A stretch of 64,000 bases of DNA, from assembly GCA_963751455.1 (NCBI GenBank), contig CAVVUN010000015.1, positions 672,001 through 736,000 on the forward strand, in the 5' to 3' direction. Each line of letters begins with the position of its first letter. Within the stretch, counting starts at the first letter, position 1. The translations under genes and the position numbers were made by a program. Source of the DNA: Nitrospirota bacterium (lineage in GTDB: Bacteria > Nitrospirota > UBA9217). Positions 1 through 10,805 of the stretch are shown piece by piece. A model generated the notes under the pieces. The model saw only the letters and a list, made by a program, of their open reading frames with translations, had not been told where the DNA came from and ran no database searches.

Positions 1-131
1 ATGAATAAAGTCTTTCCTGATAGGAGCGCAGCGTAGTTGCATTGAAAGCTCATCATATAAACCGGCGTGAGAATCTGTCGTTCGTTGATGACTTATTCTC
101 TCGGTAACATCGGCATAGGAACTTTTCAGTC

Positions 132-1301
132 ATGACCTCAAGAAAAAAGGTATTGGTTACTCTGCCCGTACTGCTTCAAGGTGGTACGGAAATGCAGACT
201 CTCAACTTGATTCGGACGCTTGTGGGAGCAGGTTACAATGTTGTTGTCTGCTGTTTTTATGAGTATGACGGTCAGATGGTCGTTCGCACGGAAGAAGCGG
301 GTGCGCGGGTTGAGTTCTTGCATCAGTCTTGGGGAGCCGGTTTATTAAGATTATTTTTGAGATTGAGCGCCTATTTTAGAGAACAACGTCCAGATGTCGT
401 TCATGTGCAATACGTTGCGCCGGGTCTTATCCCTGTACTGGCAGCGCGCGCCGCTCGAGTTCCAGTGATCTTTGCCACGGTTCACCAGCCAGGACGGACA
501 TACGGCTGGAAGGCAAAGTTCTATCTGCGAGTTGCGTCCAGGCTTTGCACAACTTTCTTCTGTGTTTCACGGGCAGTAGAAGAGTCATGGTTCGGCACTA
601 GCACCCTCTTCGATGGAATAGGGAAAGGTAAACATCGTCACTGCACATTATATAATGCAGTGGACGTGGATCGGATCCGCTCTGCTGCGGTTAGTGCGGA
701 CGGTGCTGCCTTGCGGTCATCCTTGGGTATCGGTGACCGGCCGGCAATCGGGGCCGTAGGTCGGCTCCGTTGGGAAAAAGGACACGCAATTCTGATTGAC
801 GCCATGTTTCACGTGGTGAAAAGGGCGCCTACAGCGATATTATTGCTTGTGGGTGACGGGCCTGACCGAAAGCTACTCGAAGAGCAAGTGCAACGACTGG
901 GGCTCATTGAGAATGTTATTTTCTTGGGGCATCGTCATTCGTTGCTGGTTTACCAAATGTACGGCATCATGGATGTTGTTGTTGTGCCGTCACGTTTTGA
1001 AGGATTCGGGCTTGTTGCTGCGGAGGCAATGGCAGCAAGCGTGCCGGTTGTGGCTGCTCACGTGGATGCATTATGTGAAGTTGTTGAAGCCGGAGTGACC
1101 GGCTCGCTGGTCGCTCCTGACGATAGTAGTGCATTTGCGTCCTCAATTATCGATTTTCTTCTCGATTCTCAAAAAGCGAAAAAATATGGAGAAAACGGAT
1201 ATTTACGAGTGAAGGAGAAATTTTCGATTGAGCAATTCAGAAAACTCACTACATCATCGTATTCTTATTTTACACACTTAGAGCCTCTTCACGGAAAATA
1301 G
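132..1301 (+). CDS. GT4 family glycosyltransferase
   Basis: N-terminal GGTE motif, VGRLRWEKG, and SRFEGFGLVAAEAMAA (ExFG..E motif of GT4). Confidence 0.9.
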   Translation: MTSRKKVLVTLPVLLQGGTEMQTLNLIRTLVGAGYNVVVCCFYEYDGQMVVRTEEAGARVEFLHQSWGAGLLRLFLRLSAYFREQRPDVVHVQYVAPGLIPVLAARAARVPVIFATVHQPGRTYGWKAKFYLRVASRLCTTFFCVSRAVEESWFGTSTLFDGIGKGKHRHCTLYNAVDVDRIRSAAVSADGAALRSSLGIGDRPAIGAVGRLRWEKGHAILIDAMFHVVKRAPTAILLLVGDGPDRKLLEEQVQRLGLIENVIFLGHRHSLLVYQMYGIMDVVVVPSRFEGFGLVAAEAMAASVPVVAAHVDALCEVVEAGVTGSLVAPDDSSAFASSIIDFLLDSQKAKKYGENGYLRVKEKFSIEQFRKLTTSSYSYFTHLEPLHGK

Positions 1302-1333
1302 GCAATTTTCGCTGACCATTTGTAAGAAAAATC

Positions 1334-2575
1334 ATGGAATCAAATTATTCTGAAATAAATATAACCGCGCTTCAAAAGCAGCAGCCGCTAGTTCAAATCA
1401 TACATCAGGTGCCGGGACTGATATTGTGTGTGGCGTTTTGTACCATCTTATCTTTTTTCGGCGGCAAATTATTTGGGTTCAATTTCACCGGTTTAGCATG
1501 GGTAGTGCCGCTTATCGCAGCTCTTTTCGTTATCGCAAAGAACATCAGCAGCGTGTCTTTTCCTGTCCTGATATGGCTACCATGGATCCTGTTTGTTTTT
1601 ACTCAGTTGCTGTTCGTGGACTATTCCAACCTTGATCCAAGAGTGATTCCAGTACAGCGGACATTCCAGATGTTATGTCCTGTTTTCGTCGGAATGGCTG
1701 TCTCAACGATTCGTCCGACGCATATAATGCTGGAAAGCATTATGAAACTTACCCGCTATTTTGCTTTCCTTCTTATTGGCATCGTTGCACTGAAAACCGG
1801 GATTTTGTTTACAGGTGTACTGCCAGGCGCTACAGGCCTTGCTGCTGAATCCATGACAGTTATGCTTTTATGTTCATTGTACATAAACAGGTATCTTGTG
1901 TTCAAAGAGAAAAAGGACTTCCAAATATGGGTACTACTTGCGTTTATTCCTTTTGTGGCCTTAACCAGGGCTGCCATGGCTGTGACTCTGTTAACATTCC
2001 CTCTTGCAATTGCACCTATGAAACTATCAAGACGACTTGGAGCACTTGTTTTGATTGCTTTCCTGGCAATTGTCGCATTTTATTCACCGAGGGTACAGAG
2101 CAAAATGTTTTACTCGCAGCAAGGCGAAATATTGGACATCATGGGCCCGGATTTTAATACAACCGGACGCTCATCTATGTGGGCCAATATGTATTCGGAC
2201 ATCGGCGACAATATATTCCAGGGCTACGGTACTGGTGCTGGCGAAACATTTGCGTATAAATTTTCTGGACATCTTGCATATCCACATAATGACTGGCTTT
2301 TGACGCTTTATGATTATGGAGTACTAGGCGTATCGCTGTTTGCTCTGTGTCTAATTTTAGCACTGGCGCACGCAAAAAAACGGGCGGAATACTGCGCATT
2401 GCCCGAAAATAAACTCTTATTTCTCACTGGAGCTTCAGCAATAATACCATTCTCCTTGTTGATGTTTACGGATAATATCATGGTTTATAGTTCTTACTTC
2501 GGCAACCTTCATTTTGTTATTCTCGGCTTAGCGTATGGCGCATTCCAGAAACAATATGACGATGAGATATTTTAA
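1334..2575 (+). CDS. O-antigen ligase/Wzy polymerase-like membrane protein
   Basis: About 10-11 hydrophobic segments, TGR..MW loop, GYGTG and PHNDWL motif typical of Wzy_C. Confidence 0.8.
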   Translation: MESNYSEINITALQKQQPLVQIIHQVPGLILCVAFCTILSFFGGKLFGFNFTGLAWVVPLIAALFVIAKNISSVSFPVLIWLPWILFVFTQLLFVDYSNLDPRVIPVQRTFQMLCPVFVGMAVSTIRPTHIMLESIMKLTRYFAFLLIGIVALKTGILFTGVLPGATGLAAESMTVMLLCSLYINRYLVFKEKKDFQIWVLLAFIPFVALTRAAMAVTLLTFPLAIAPMKLSRRLGALVLIAFLAIVAFYSPRVQSKMFYSQQGEILDIMGPDFNTTGRSSMWANMYSDIGDNIFQGYGTGAGETFAYKFSGHLAYPHNDWLLTLYDYGVLGVSLFALCLILALAHAKKRAEYCALPENKLLFLTGASAIIPFSLLMFTDNIMVYSSYFGNLHFVILGLAYGAFQKQYDDEIF

Positions 2576-3555
2576 TGATTACTTTCGCGCCTGTTTCGGT
2601 CATTATACCGCTTTATAATAAAGAGAACGAAGTTGAACGGGCAATCAAATCCGTGCTGGCTCAGACCGTGCAGGATTTTGAGTTAATTGTAATCAATGAC
2701 GGCTCAACTGATAAGGGACCTGATAAAGTAAGAGCCAACCAAGACAGACGCATCAAAATAATCGATCAATCGAACAGCGGTGTGTCTGCCGCCAGGAACC
2801 GCGGAATCGAGGCCGCTTCCGGAGACTTTATTGCTTTTCTCGATGCTGACGATGAATGGGAAATAGATCATTTAGAGACAATATTTTCCTTGCGAGCAAA
2901 ATATCCGTCATGTAGCGCGTTCGCGACCAGATACTATGTTTGTGGTCCTGATTTCAGAAGAGGAGCAATTATAAGGGGACTTGAGGCTGGCTACGAAGAC
3001 GGAATCCTGATGAACTACTTTAATATCGCGGCGCAATCCGATCCTCCGCTTTGGTCATCGGCAGTTGCTGTTACGAAGCGGTCAATATTGGCTATTAAAG
3101 CGTTTCCTACCGGGATTACATCGGGTGAAGATCTGCTTACTTGGGCGCGGCTTGCTGCTAGGTATAATATAGCGTACAGCTCGAAGCTGACGGCAAATTT
3201 CTGGGAACCACGTGCGCCATGGGATCGTCCCGGTCGAAGGCCTCAAATGCCTGATATCGTCGGACAGGAATTATTACGCCTGAAAAAACAAGGTAACCCC
3301 GACAGAGTGAAGAGCTTGGATGAATATTTGTCTCTGTGGCATCGTATGAGAGCGAGCATATATATGCAGCTTGGAGAAAATATCAATGCACGAAGAGAAT
3401 TGATAAAAGCGATGAAATACTCAAACAACATGACAGCCCTATTATTCTTCTTTGTTCTTTCGCTTCTGCCGGCTCGGTACGGATTGTCGATCTATGAAAG
3501 AGTCAAGAGATTGTATCAAAAAGCGAATAAAGCTGGTGAAAATGCAACGGAGTGA
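2575..3555 (+). CDS. GT2 family glycosyltransferase
   Basis: SVIIPLYN, INDGSTD, NSGVSAARNRG, FLDADD motifs. Confidence 0.92.
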   Translation: MITFAPVSVIIPLYNKENEVERAIKSVLAQTVQDFELIVINDGSTDKGPDKVRANQDRRIKIIDQSNSGVSAARNRGIEAASGDFIAFLDADDEWEIDHLETIFSLRAKYPSCSAFATRYYVCGPDFRRGAIIRGLEAGYEDGILMNYFNIAAQSDPPLWSSAVAVTKRSILAIKAFPTGITSGEDLLTWARLAARYNIAYSSKLTANFWEPRAPWDRPGRRPQMPDIVGQELLRLKKQGNPDRVKSLDEYLSLWHRMRASIYMQLGENINARRELIKAMKYSNNMTALLFFFVLSLLPARYGLSIYERVKRLYQKANKAGENATE

Positions 3556-3564
3556 TACAAGGCT

Positions 3565-4248
3565 ATGATTATAGAGCGACGCAAAGTCAATAGAACCGAT
3601 CGTATACGTGTTACTGAAAATCTTATTTTGCCGCAATCCCCAGAGTCAGTGCTTGAGATAGGGGCAGGTGATTACTCATTCGATTATTTAAAAAAGCCGA
3701 GCATAATTACCTGGACAAAGGCCGATTTTGCGCAGCCTTGCGATGTTGTTTGTAATTTCAATTCGGATAATCTCGTTCTCCCTTTTGCGGACCGCGAATT
3801 CGAGATGATTATTTGTACAGAAGTACTTGAACATATTTTATGGCCACATAGACTCCTAATGGAACTGAACAGAGTATTAAGCGAAGACGGAATGCTCCTG
3901 GTCAGCGTACCGAATATTGCAAGTTTAAGTTATCGGTTTGCCTGGCTGTTTGGGCATATCCCCTCATGTGCCGCGTCGGGAAATCTTCCCACTGACCTAG
4001 GCAGCACTGCTTACATTAACGACGTCGGGGAAATTATCGGTGGACATGTTATTGATTTTAACAAAAAGAGGCTGGTCAGCCTTCTAAATTATGTTGGTTT
4101 TTCCGTAGAGAAGATGAAGGGATCAGGTGTTATCTGGCATAGACAAATTTTACCGTACTGGCTCGTTTCTTCAGCTCTTTCATCAAATCTTATCTGTCTT
4201 GCAAAGAAAAAGATATCCAATCAGCAGCATATATCTTCGGATCGATAG
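3565..4248 (+). CDS. Class I SAM-dependent methyltransferase
   Basis: VLEIGAG motif I, LPFAD..F, EVLEH, RVL..DG motifs. Confidence 0.85.
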   Translation: MIIERRKVNRTDRIRVTENLILPQSPESVLEIGAGDYSFDYLKKPSIITWTKADFAQPCDVVCNFNSDNLVLPFADREFEMIICTEVLEHILWPHRLLMELNRVLSEDGMLLVSVPNIASLSYRFAWLFGHIPSCAASGNLPTDLGSTAYINDVGEIIGGHVIDFNKKRLVSLLNYVGFSVEKMKGSGVIWHRQILPYWLVSSALSSNLICLAKKKISNQQHISSDR

Positions 4249-4249
4249 C

Positions 4250-5452
4250 ATGCATATTGTTGTTATTTGGCAGCGATTGCTGCCCTACCATATAGCAAGG
4301 TTAAGCCATGCCAAGAAGAGACTGAGCCAATGTGGCCACCGATTGACTGCCGTAGAAGTCGCGGCCAGTGACCAATCGTACTCCTTTATTCCTGTTATGA
4401 CAAACGGCGAGTTTGATAGAGTTTGCTGTTTTCCCTGCATGTCATATCATAAGCAAAATGCAGGCGCCGTGCATCGAAAGGTCCTGCAGATACTTGAATC
4501 GCTTCAGCCGGATGTAGTTTTTGCTCCTGCTACAGCCTTTCCAGAAGGTATGGCATCTCTAGTCTACCGGCTTAAGAGCAGAGCAACGGCAATAGTCATG
4601 GACGATGCCTGGCAGCATACCGACCAGAAAGGAGCACTTACGCGGGCGGTCAAGAAGTTGATACACGGTAATGCGGATGCTGCTTTTGTTCCGGCAATCT
4701 CACATCGAGATTATTATATGCAGCTTGGCTTTCCTGCCGATCGCATATTATTCGGCGTTGACGTTGTAGATAATGATTATTTTTCTGTTCGTGTGGACAA
4801 AGCCCGCCGGGATGATCCAAGGATACGACTGAAGAGAAAACTGCCGGTGAATTATTTTCTTTTTGTCGGCAGATTTTTGCCCCGTAAAGGTTTGGAAACC
4901 TTACTTACTGCCTATAAATTATATCGTGAAAGAATGGCGCTCGGTTATTGGGACCTAGTACTGATCGGCGAAGGCGACTATCTGGAGACACTTAGTCCAG
5001 ACATTAAAGCCCAAGCGGCTGTGCATTATGCAGGCGGACAATTTGGAGATGATCTCTGTGAGTATTATGGTTTAGCGAGAGCACTGGTAGTCCCTAGCGA
5101 AACAGACCCGTGGGCTTTGGTGGTAAACGAAGCGCTGGCCTCCGCTTTGCCGGTCATTGTCAGCAAAGGCTGCGGGGCAGCGATGACTCTTGTGAAAGAG
5201 TCACAAAATGGATGGACTTTTGAACCGGGGAACGCGGAAGAATTGAGTTTACTGCTCCATCGGCTGACACAGTTAAGCACCGCGGCACTGTTAACGATGA
5301 GTAACAAGTCACGTGAGATCATATCAGCCTGGTCTCTGGACCGATTTGCGGACGGCATCGAAGAAGGAGTGAGGATAAGTCGGCGATCTTCGGCCGGTCT
5401 TCTTGCCGATGTGACGACCAAGCTTTGGAAGGGAAGAGTACGAATAGTATAG
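4250..5452 (+). CDS. GT4 family glycosyltransferase
   Basis: FLFVGRFLPRKG and PWALVVNEALAS; ATG 4250 follows the upstream stop directly. Confidence 0.88.
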   Translation: MHIVVIWQRLLPYHIARLSHAKKRLSQCGHRLTAVEVAASDQSYSFIPVMTNGEFDRVCCFPCMSYHKQNAGAVHRKVLQILESLQPDVVFAPATAFPEGMASLVYRLKSRATAIVMDDAWQHTDQKGALTRAVKKLIHGNADAAFVPAISHRDYYMQLGFPADRILFGVDVVDNDYFSVRVDKARRDDPRIRLKRKLPVNYFLFVGRFLPRKGLETLLTAYKLYRERMALGYWDLVLIGEGDYLETLSPDIKAQAAVHYAGGQFGDDLCEYYGLARALVVPSETDPWALVVNEALASALPVIVSKGCGAAMTLVKESQNGWTFEPGNAEELSLLLHRLTQLSTAALLTMSNKSREIISAWSLDRFADGIEEGVRISRRSSAGLLADVTTKLWKGRVRIV

Positions 5453-5469
5453 AGACCAGTTTACAGCGC

Positions 5470-6687
5470 ATGAATATAGAGCAGCCCATGAAGTTACTCC
5501 TTATCCACAATTTTTACGGCTCTTCGGCTCCGAGCGGCGAAAACATGGTTTTTGCGGCGGAAGCAGAACTACTGAGGCAGCACGGCCATACGGTAATGGA
5601 TCTCACAAGGCATAGCGATGAGATACGAAGTAAAGGGCTGCCGGGCGCGATACACGGGGCATTGACGACGCCCTGGAACCATTTCGTCAAAAGAGATGTC
5701 CTTCGGATTGTAGAGAAAGAACGGCCGGACATAATGCACGTGCATAATACCTTTCCTCTCATCTCGCCGTCTCTTTTTTATGCTGCAAGAAATAGGGTTG
5801 CCACGGTAATGACACTCCACAATTATCGGCTTTTTTGTCCGGCTGCTATCCTCATGAGGCACGGGACGGCGTGTACCGAATGCATCGATAAAAAAAGCGT
5901 TCTTCCTGCCCTCAAATACGGATGCTATAGGAACAGCAGGCTTGCAACCGTTCCCCTGGCGATAAACGTCGCAGTCCACAGACTGCTCAAGACATGGAGA
6001 GACAAAGTCGATGCTTTCATCGCACTGACCGAATTCCAGCGACAAATGCTTGTGCAGGCCGGACTTTCTCCGGATCTGATTCATGTGAAGCCTCATTTCT
6101 ACCCTGATCCTCCTTTGCCTTTGCCCTGGTCCGAGAGAGAGCAGAAGGCCGTATTCATCGGCCGGCTTGGACCGGAGAAGGGAATAAACTTGTTGATTAA
6201 TGCTTGGAAGAAGTGGGGATCTGATGCGCCTGATCTTGAAATTATCGGCGATGGATCCGAAAGAGGCGCTTTAGTAAAGCTAGCAGGAGAATCCTCAAAT
6301 AAAAATAAGATAGTGTTCCGTGGCCAGATCTCCTTTGAAGAAACGCAGATCCAGCTGGCAAAATCACGGATTCTATTGCTCCCCTCCATCTGCTTCGAAG
6401 GATTTCCCATGGTGATCAGGGAGGCATTTGCCCTTGGAGTTCCGGTTGCGGCATCACGGATAGGGGCTCTTCCCGACATAGTGGATGAGGGAAAGAACGG
6501 GGTGCTATTCGCACCTGGCAGCTCGGATGATTTGTTAAACGTAGTGAAACGCGAATGGCAAGAGAGCAAATTACAAGCAATGGCCAAAGGTGCAAGGGAA
6601 AAATTCGATCATGAGTATTCTGCCACGACCAATTACGAAATGCTCATGAACATTTACAGAAAAGCAATGGCACAACGGAGAAGATGA
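5470..6687 (+). CDS. GT4 family glycosyltransferase
   Basis: HNFY..SGE, FIGRLGPEKG, EGFPMVIREAFA; start is 5470 or 5488. Confidence 0.88.
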   Translation: MNIEQPMKLLLIHNFYGSSAPSGENMVFAAEAELLRQHGHTVMDLTRHSDEIRSKGLPGAIHGALTTPWNHFVKRDVLRIVEKERPDIMHVHNTFPLISPSLFYAARNRVATVMTLHNYRLFCPAAILMRHGTACTECIDKKSVLPALKYGCYRNSRLATVPLAINVAVHRLLKTWRDKVDAFIALTEFQRQMLVQAGLSPDLIHVKPHFYPDPPLPLPWSEREQKAVFIGRLGPEKGINLLINAWKKWGSDAPDLEIIGDGSERGALVKLAGESSNKNKIVFRGQISFEETQIQLAKSRILLLPSICFEGFPMVIREAFALGVPVAASRIGALPDIVDEGKNGVLFAPGSSDDLLNVVKREWQESKLQAMAKGAREKFDHEYSATTNYEMLMNIYRKAMAQRRR

Positions 6688-7472
6688 TGCATTACCTCGA
6701 CAAGGAAGACATATTCGGATATAATATTACGACTTGCCCCGTCAGCGTTTGCGTAGCACAGATAATGCAGTGGTTAAGTAGAAACGATTCTGCCCGGTAT
6801 CTGGTATGCGCAAATCCCCATTCGTTCGAGGTGGCTCGAAGAGATAATTTGTTTGATGCATCACTGAAAAATGCCGATATCTTGATTCCCGATGGAACCG
6901 GCATTGTTATAGCTTCCAAAGTGCTCGGCGGAACAATTAAACAACGTGTTACGGGGAGCGATATTTTCGGGGAGCTAAATAAAGCGTTAAACTCTGACAA
7001 TAGATACCGCTGTTTTTTTCTTGGTTCTACAACAGAGAACTTGCAAAAGATTGTGGAACGAATGAAAAGAGAATTCCCTGGGGTTGAAGTCGCTGGTGTT
7101 TATTCCCCTCCTTTTAAAAAAGAACTCGACGAATGGGATAATGAGAAAATTATTAAAATAGTAAATCGTTCTCATGCAGATATCCTTTGGGTCGGAATGT
7201 CCGCTCCTAAGCAAGAAAAATGGATTTACAAAAACAGGGATAAATTAGACGTACGGTTCATTGGAGCGATTGGTGCGGTATTTGACTTTTTCACGGAAAG
7301 AATCAGACGATCTCGTCCCTTTTTTCAGCGTCTCGGTCTAGAATGGCTTCCGAGACTGTTACAGGAGCCGCGAAGATTATGGAGAAGAAATTTAATTTCT
7401 ACACCTCTGTTTATCATGAGAATAATATCTGCAAAACTCGGCACTGAGAAGCAAACAAGCAGCGACCGCTAA
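6684..7472 (+). CDS. WecB/TagA/CpsF family glycosyltransferase
   Basis: ANPH, PDGTG, RVTGSD, VGMSAPKQEKW, GLEWLPRLLQEPRRLWRR motifs. Confidence 0.93.
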   Translation: MMHYLDKEDIFGYNITTCPVSVCVAQIMQWLSRNDSARYLVCANPHSFEVARRDNLFDASLKNADILIPDGTGIVIASKVLGGTIKQRVTGSDIFGELNKALNSDNRYRCFFLGSTTENLQKIVERMKREFPGVEVAGVYSPPFKKELDEWDNEKIIKIVNRSHADILWVGMSAPKQEKWIYKNRDKLDVRFIGAIGAVFDFFTERIRRSRPFFQRLGLEWLPRLLQEPRRLWRRNLISTPLFIMRIISAKLGTEKQTSSDR

Positions 7473-7498
7473 CATTAATGCATTGACAAACAGCGATT

Positions 7499-8908
7499 AT
7501 GTTCTTCCAAAACACCGAAAAATCTATCTTAATTCTCCTCTTCGATCTCATAGCCATGGTTATCGCTATGATTTTCGCCTTTCTCTTAGGATATAAAACC
7601 CCCGTAAGTCTTCTTCTTTATCCGCAATACGCAGGAAGCATTCATACCGTCTTCATTTTTACCGTGATTATATTTTATATTCTTGATCTCTATTCTTTGC
7701 ACAGGTTGCCTGAAATATTTCTTCACCACGTTCCAATAATTGGTCTTGGTCTCTTATTCAGTTCAATACTGGTTACCTTTATATTCTTCTTCTTCCGAAA
7801 CCCCATCCCCCGTGCTGTCTTTATCCTGTTTTACGGTTTTTCATTTCTTTTTATCGTTATCGGCCGCCTTATATTTAACAGGCTGACCATGTCGTCGATC
7901 TTCTGGAATGTTCTGCTTGTTGGTGAGAAGGAACCCAGTGAAAAAATCGCTCAGTTCATAAACGAGAGACAGTATCTAAGACAGCGAGTTATCGGATATA
8001 TATCCTCCGAAAAAATCTCTGGAGACGCGAATACATCAAACCATGATCGTTCTGTTAGCCAGCATGATTATGCAGAAGATTTGAAGTATCTGGGGAGCCT
8101 GAAAGACCTTATGTCTGTTCTTCGGAAAAACAGCGTGAGCCAGGTGATCGTTACGACGTTGAATGTTGATCGGGATATGAGCATTCTCCTGAGAGAATGC
8201 ATGCGGAGAAAGATCCGGATCTCAGACCACAGGCGGGTGATGGAGTATATAGAAGGTATGGTGCCCCTCGACTTGTTGGACGACTACTGGTTCATCTTGT
8301 CGTTGAGTCACACTGATAAAACATATTTCTGGTATATAAAGCGGTCCTTTGACGTTCTGGCCAGCCTTGTCGGCCTCTGCCTTGCCATTCCCTTATTTCC
8401 TCTTGCCGTCATCCTGATAAAACTTGATTCACGCGGGCCCGTCTTTTATTCACAGGAGCGGACAGGCAGGGATGACAAGCCGTTCAGGGTCTGGAAGCTC
8501 CGCACCATGGTTGAGGGCGCGGACAAAAATAACGTTCACTGGACAACCGACAATGATGTCCGTATTACCCGGATCGGAAGGCTGATACGGAAAACCAGGC
8601 TCGATGAGCTGCCCCAGCTGCTCAATATCCTGAAAGGTGAGATGAGCCTGATAGGACCGCGTCCCGAAGCGGTAAGCCTCGCGGATATGTATGCCAGGGA
8701 AATACCCTATTACCGTGAACGTCATAGAGTGACGCCGGGCATTACCGGCTGGGCGCAGATCAATTATCCTTACGGCAATTCGCTTGACGATACTCGGGAA
8801 AAACTGAAGTACGATTTTTATTACGTAAAGAACAGAAGCTTTGTGCTGGATATGGTTATTTTTCTCAAAACGATCCGCATTGTGCTTACAGGAAAAGGGG
8901 CTATATGA
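7499..8908 (+). CDS. Priming polyprenyl-phosphate glycosylphosphotransferase (WcaJ/CpsE-like)
   Basis: N-terminal TM helices; KRSFD, KLRTM, DVRITRIG, RLDELPQLLNILKGEMSLIGPRPE, PGITGWAQ. Confidence 0.93.
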   Translation: MFFQNTEKSILILLFDLIAMVIAMIFAFLLGYKTPVSLLLYPQYAGSIHTVFIFTVIIFYILDLYSLHRLPEIFLHHVPIIGLGLLFSSILVTFIFFFFRNPIPRAVFILFYGFSFLFIVIGRLIFNRLTMSSIFWNVLLVGEKEPSEKIAQFINERQYLRQRVIGYISSEKISGDANTSNHDRSVSQHDYAEDLKYLGSLKDLMSVLRKNSVSQVIVTTLNVDRDMSILLRECMRRKIRISDHRRVMEYIEGMVPLDLLDDYWFILSLSHTDKTYFWYIKRSFDVLASLVGLCLAIPLFPLAVILIKLDSRGPVFYSQERTGRDDKPFRVWKLRTMVEGADKNNVHWTTDNDVRITRIGRLIRKTRLDELPQLLNILKGEMSLIGPRPEAVSLADMYAREIPYYRERHRVTPGITGWAQINYPYGNSLDDTREKLKYDFYYVKNRSFVLDMVIFLKTIRIVLTGKGAI

Positions 8909-8920
8909 AAGGTAGGGAGG

Positions 8921-9195
8921 AATTGTAAAATGCAAAGTGCAAAGTGCAAATTGAAAATTTGATTGAAAACTTTCTAACAAACGGAAATATGCGATAATTC
9001 CACAACCCCCTTTGAATTCTGTCTTCCAGCTTTTATCCGCGCTCATCCGATTCTTCCGCGTCCAAATTGGTTTTGCATTTTCACTTTGCACTTTTTAATT
9101 TGCATTTTTCAATTTTTATAAAATCTACTCTTCTGCGGTTGCTTAACGATCAAAATGACCCATTTAACTTTGCAATTTGAAATCTGCAATTTAAT
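8921..9195. repeat. Inverted pair of imperfect heptamer tandem repeats (TGCAAAG/TGAAAAT type)
   Basis: tgcaaag tgcaaag tgcaaat tgaaaat near 8931-8958, mirrored by tttgcat...tttgcac...tttgcat tttcaat near 9072-9115. Confidence 0.75.
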
Positions 9196-9204
9196 TAGAA
9201 CCTA

Positions 9205-9789
9205 CTACTCTCCCAGGTACCTGTCCACATACTGCGCCAGGATTTCCTGGGTCTTTACGGGTGGGGGGAACGCGAAGTACGAGCAGATAACAGCATGCGC
9301 GATTTCGTGGGCAAGGACCCGGTCAGTGACGCTGTCAAGGGAGACGGCTATCGTGCGGGAAGCATGATCGTAATAGGCGGCAGGGGGCTGCCTGTTGTTG
9401 ATGAGATATGTATATGCGCGGTCGATCTCGGCCCTGGTACGGTAGACGTCTATCGAGAAGCGAAGGACCGCAGGCCGCATGCCCAGTATTTTCATTACGT
9501 CGTTCACAAGCCTGTCTACGCGTTTCGCGGCCAGCAGTGGGTCTTTTTCCGGACTTTCGAGCAGGTAGTTGAGCCCGCTTCCGATCTGGCGCGCAAACGT
9601 GAACAGGTCTTCCTGTTTCTCATAGAATACGGTCGCATACCTTGTCCTGTACGCCCTGCTCTTGTTGCCTGAATCGACTTGAGAGGGAACGAAAAGCAGG
9701 CCGATCAGGACAAAAGCAGCGAGATATCCCACCGGGCCAATAATGATATTACCGCTTCTCCAGTCTTGATGTAAATTCATGATGATCAC
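9205..9789 (-). CDS. Exported zinc metallopeptidase-like protein (HExxH)
   Basis: N-terminal hydrophobic anchor; VLAHEIAHA with a downstream E (QEILA). Confidence 0.65.
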   Translation of the reverse strand: MIIMNLHQDWRSGNIIIGPVGYLAAFVLIGLLFVPSQVDSGNKSRAYRTRYATVFYEKQEDLFTFARQIGSGLNYLLESPEKDPLLAAKRVDRLVNDVMKILGMRPAVLRFSIDVYRTRAEIDRAYTYLINNRQPPAAYYDHASRTIAVSLDSVTDRVLAHEIAHAVICSYFAFPPPVKTQEILAQYVDRYLGE

Positions 9790-10068
9790 AGCCCAATGAC
9801 CGGTAAACTGGATATCAGGTCAGCCGACAAAGCTCAGGCTGATTGCGGTCACAGGTGTAAATATTTCCGACATATGTTCGTTTTGTTGTATTCTCCTGGT
9901 AATTATTATATCGAGCAAAGCAATTGTTGGTGTGTTATTACGCATTGAGCTTGTGCCTCTTTCCTCCTTGAATCCATCCGAACACCACTGTATTATGTAA
10001 TACAATAGAGAAGATATCTTTGCTGTTTATTCCGGACCGAGCGGATCCAAGCGCGATGGAGTTTCAAC

Positions 10069-10704
10069 ATGAACCATCTGAATTTTATCTTCGTGTTTAT
10101 GGTTGCTTTAACGGGAGAAGCCGCTAGTGACGCAGGCGCGGCCATTGAAGTCAGAATGGACAATGCCGGTATCACCGGAAAAAACAAAGTTCTCGCTCCC
10201 AGGCTTATAGAAAAAATAGAATTCTACGAGGTATGCGGAAGCTGCGAAAAAGACCTGCAGTGCGACTTGACGAAAAAAGCCATCAAGTGCAGCGACGGGA
10301 AAAAATACGATTCGGTTACCGACTGGAAGTTGACGTGGGAATATGGCTATACCAGGACGCGCAGGACATGTCTCGTGGACTCATTCAGGGTTACCGCAGA
10401 GATTACCACCCGTCTTCCGAAATGGGCGGCTCCAAATGATGCTCCGGTGAGCCTGATTGAAAAATGGAACAGCTATTTGACCAGTCTGATGCTTCACGAA
10501 AAAGGGCACCGCGACAGGACTGTTGAGGCCGCACATGATCTTACCAAGGCCGTGGCGGTCCTGCCTGCTGCAGCGATTTGCGCGGACGTGGACCGGGATG
10601 TGGGCGGGCTTATCCGGTTTCATAAAGAAAAGCTTATTCTGGAGCAGAAGGAGTATGACGCGGTAACGCTCCACGGCCACACCGAAGGCGTTAGTTTTCC
10701 ATAA
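10069..10704 (+). CDS. DUF922-type secreted Zn-dependent protease-like protein
   Basis: Signal-like N-terminus; T.W...W.Y, LPKW, LHEKGH and QKEYDAVT.HG..EG pattern. Confidence 0.7.
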   Translation: MNHLNFIFVFMVALTGEAASDAGAAIEVRMDNAGITGKNKVLAPRLIEKIEFYEVCGSCEKDLQCDLTKKAIKCSDGKKYDSVTDWKLTWEYGYTRTRRTCLVDSFRVTAEITTRLPKWAAPNDAPVSLIEKWNSYLTSLMLHEKGHRDRTVEAAHDLTKAVAVLPAAAICADVDRDVGGLIRFHKEKLILEQKEYDAVTLHGHTEGVSFP

Positions 10705-10740
10705 AAAACAGGCTGCGATTGCAGCCTGGACTAATGCCCG

Positions 10741-10772
10741 CTCTCTATCCCCCGTTGAAGGGGAATAGAGAG
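10741..10772. terminator. Hairpin between convergent genes
   Basis: ctctctat-cccc/gggg-atagagag stem. Confidence 0.55.
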
Positions 10773-10805
10773 GGTTTATATTGTTAGATTAACCTGAGTG
10801 AATTC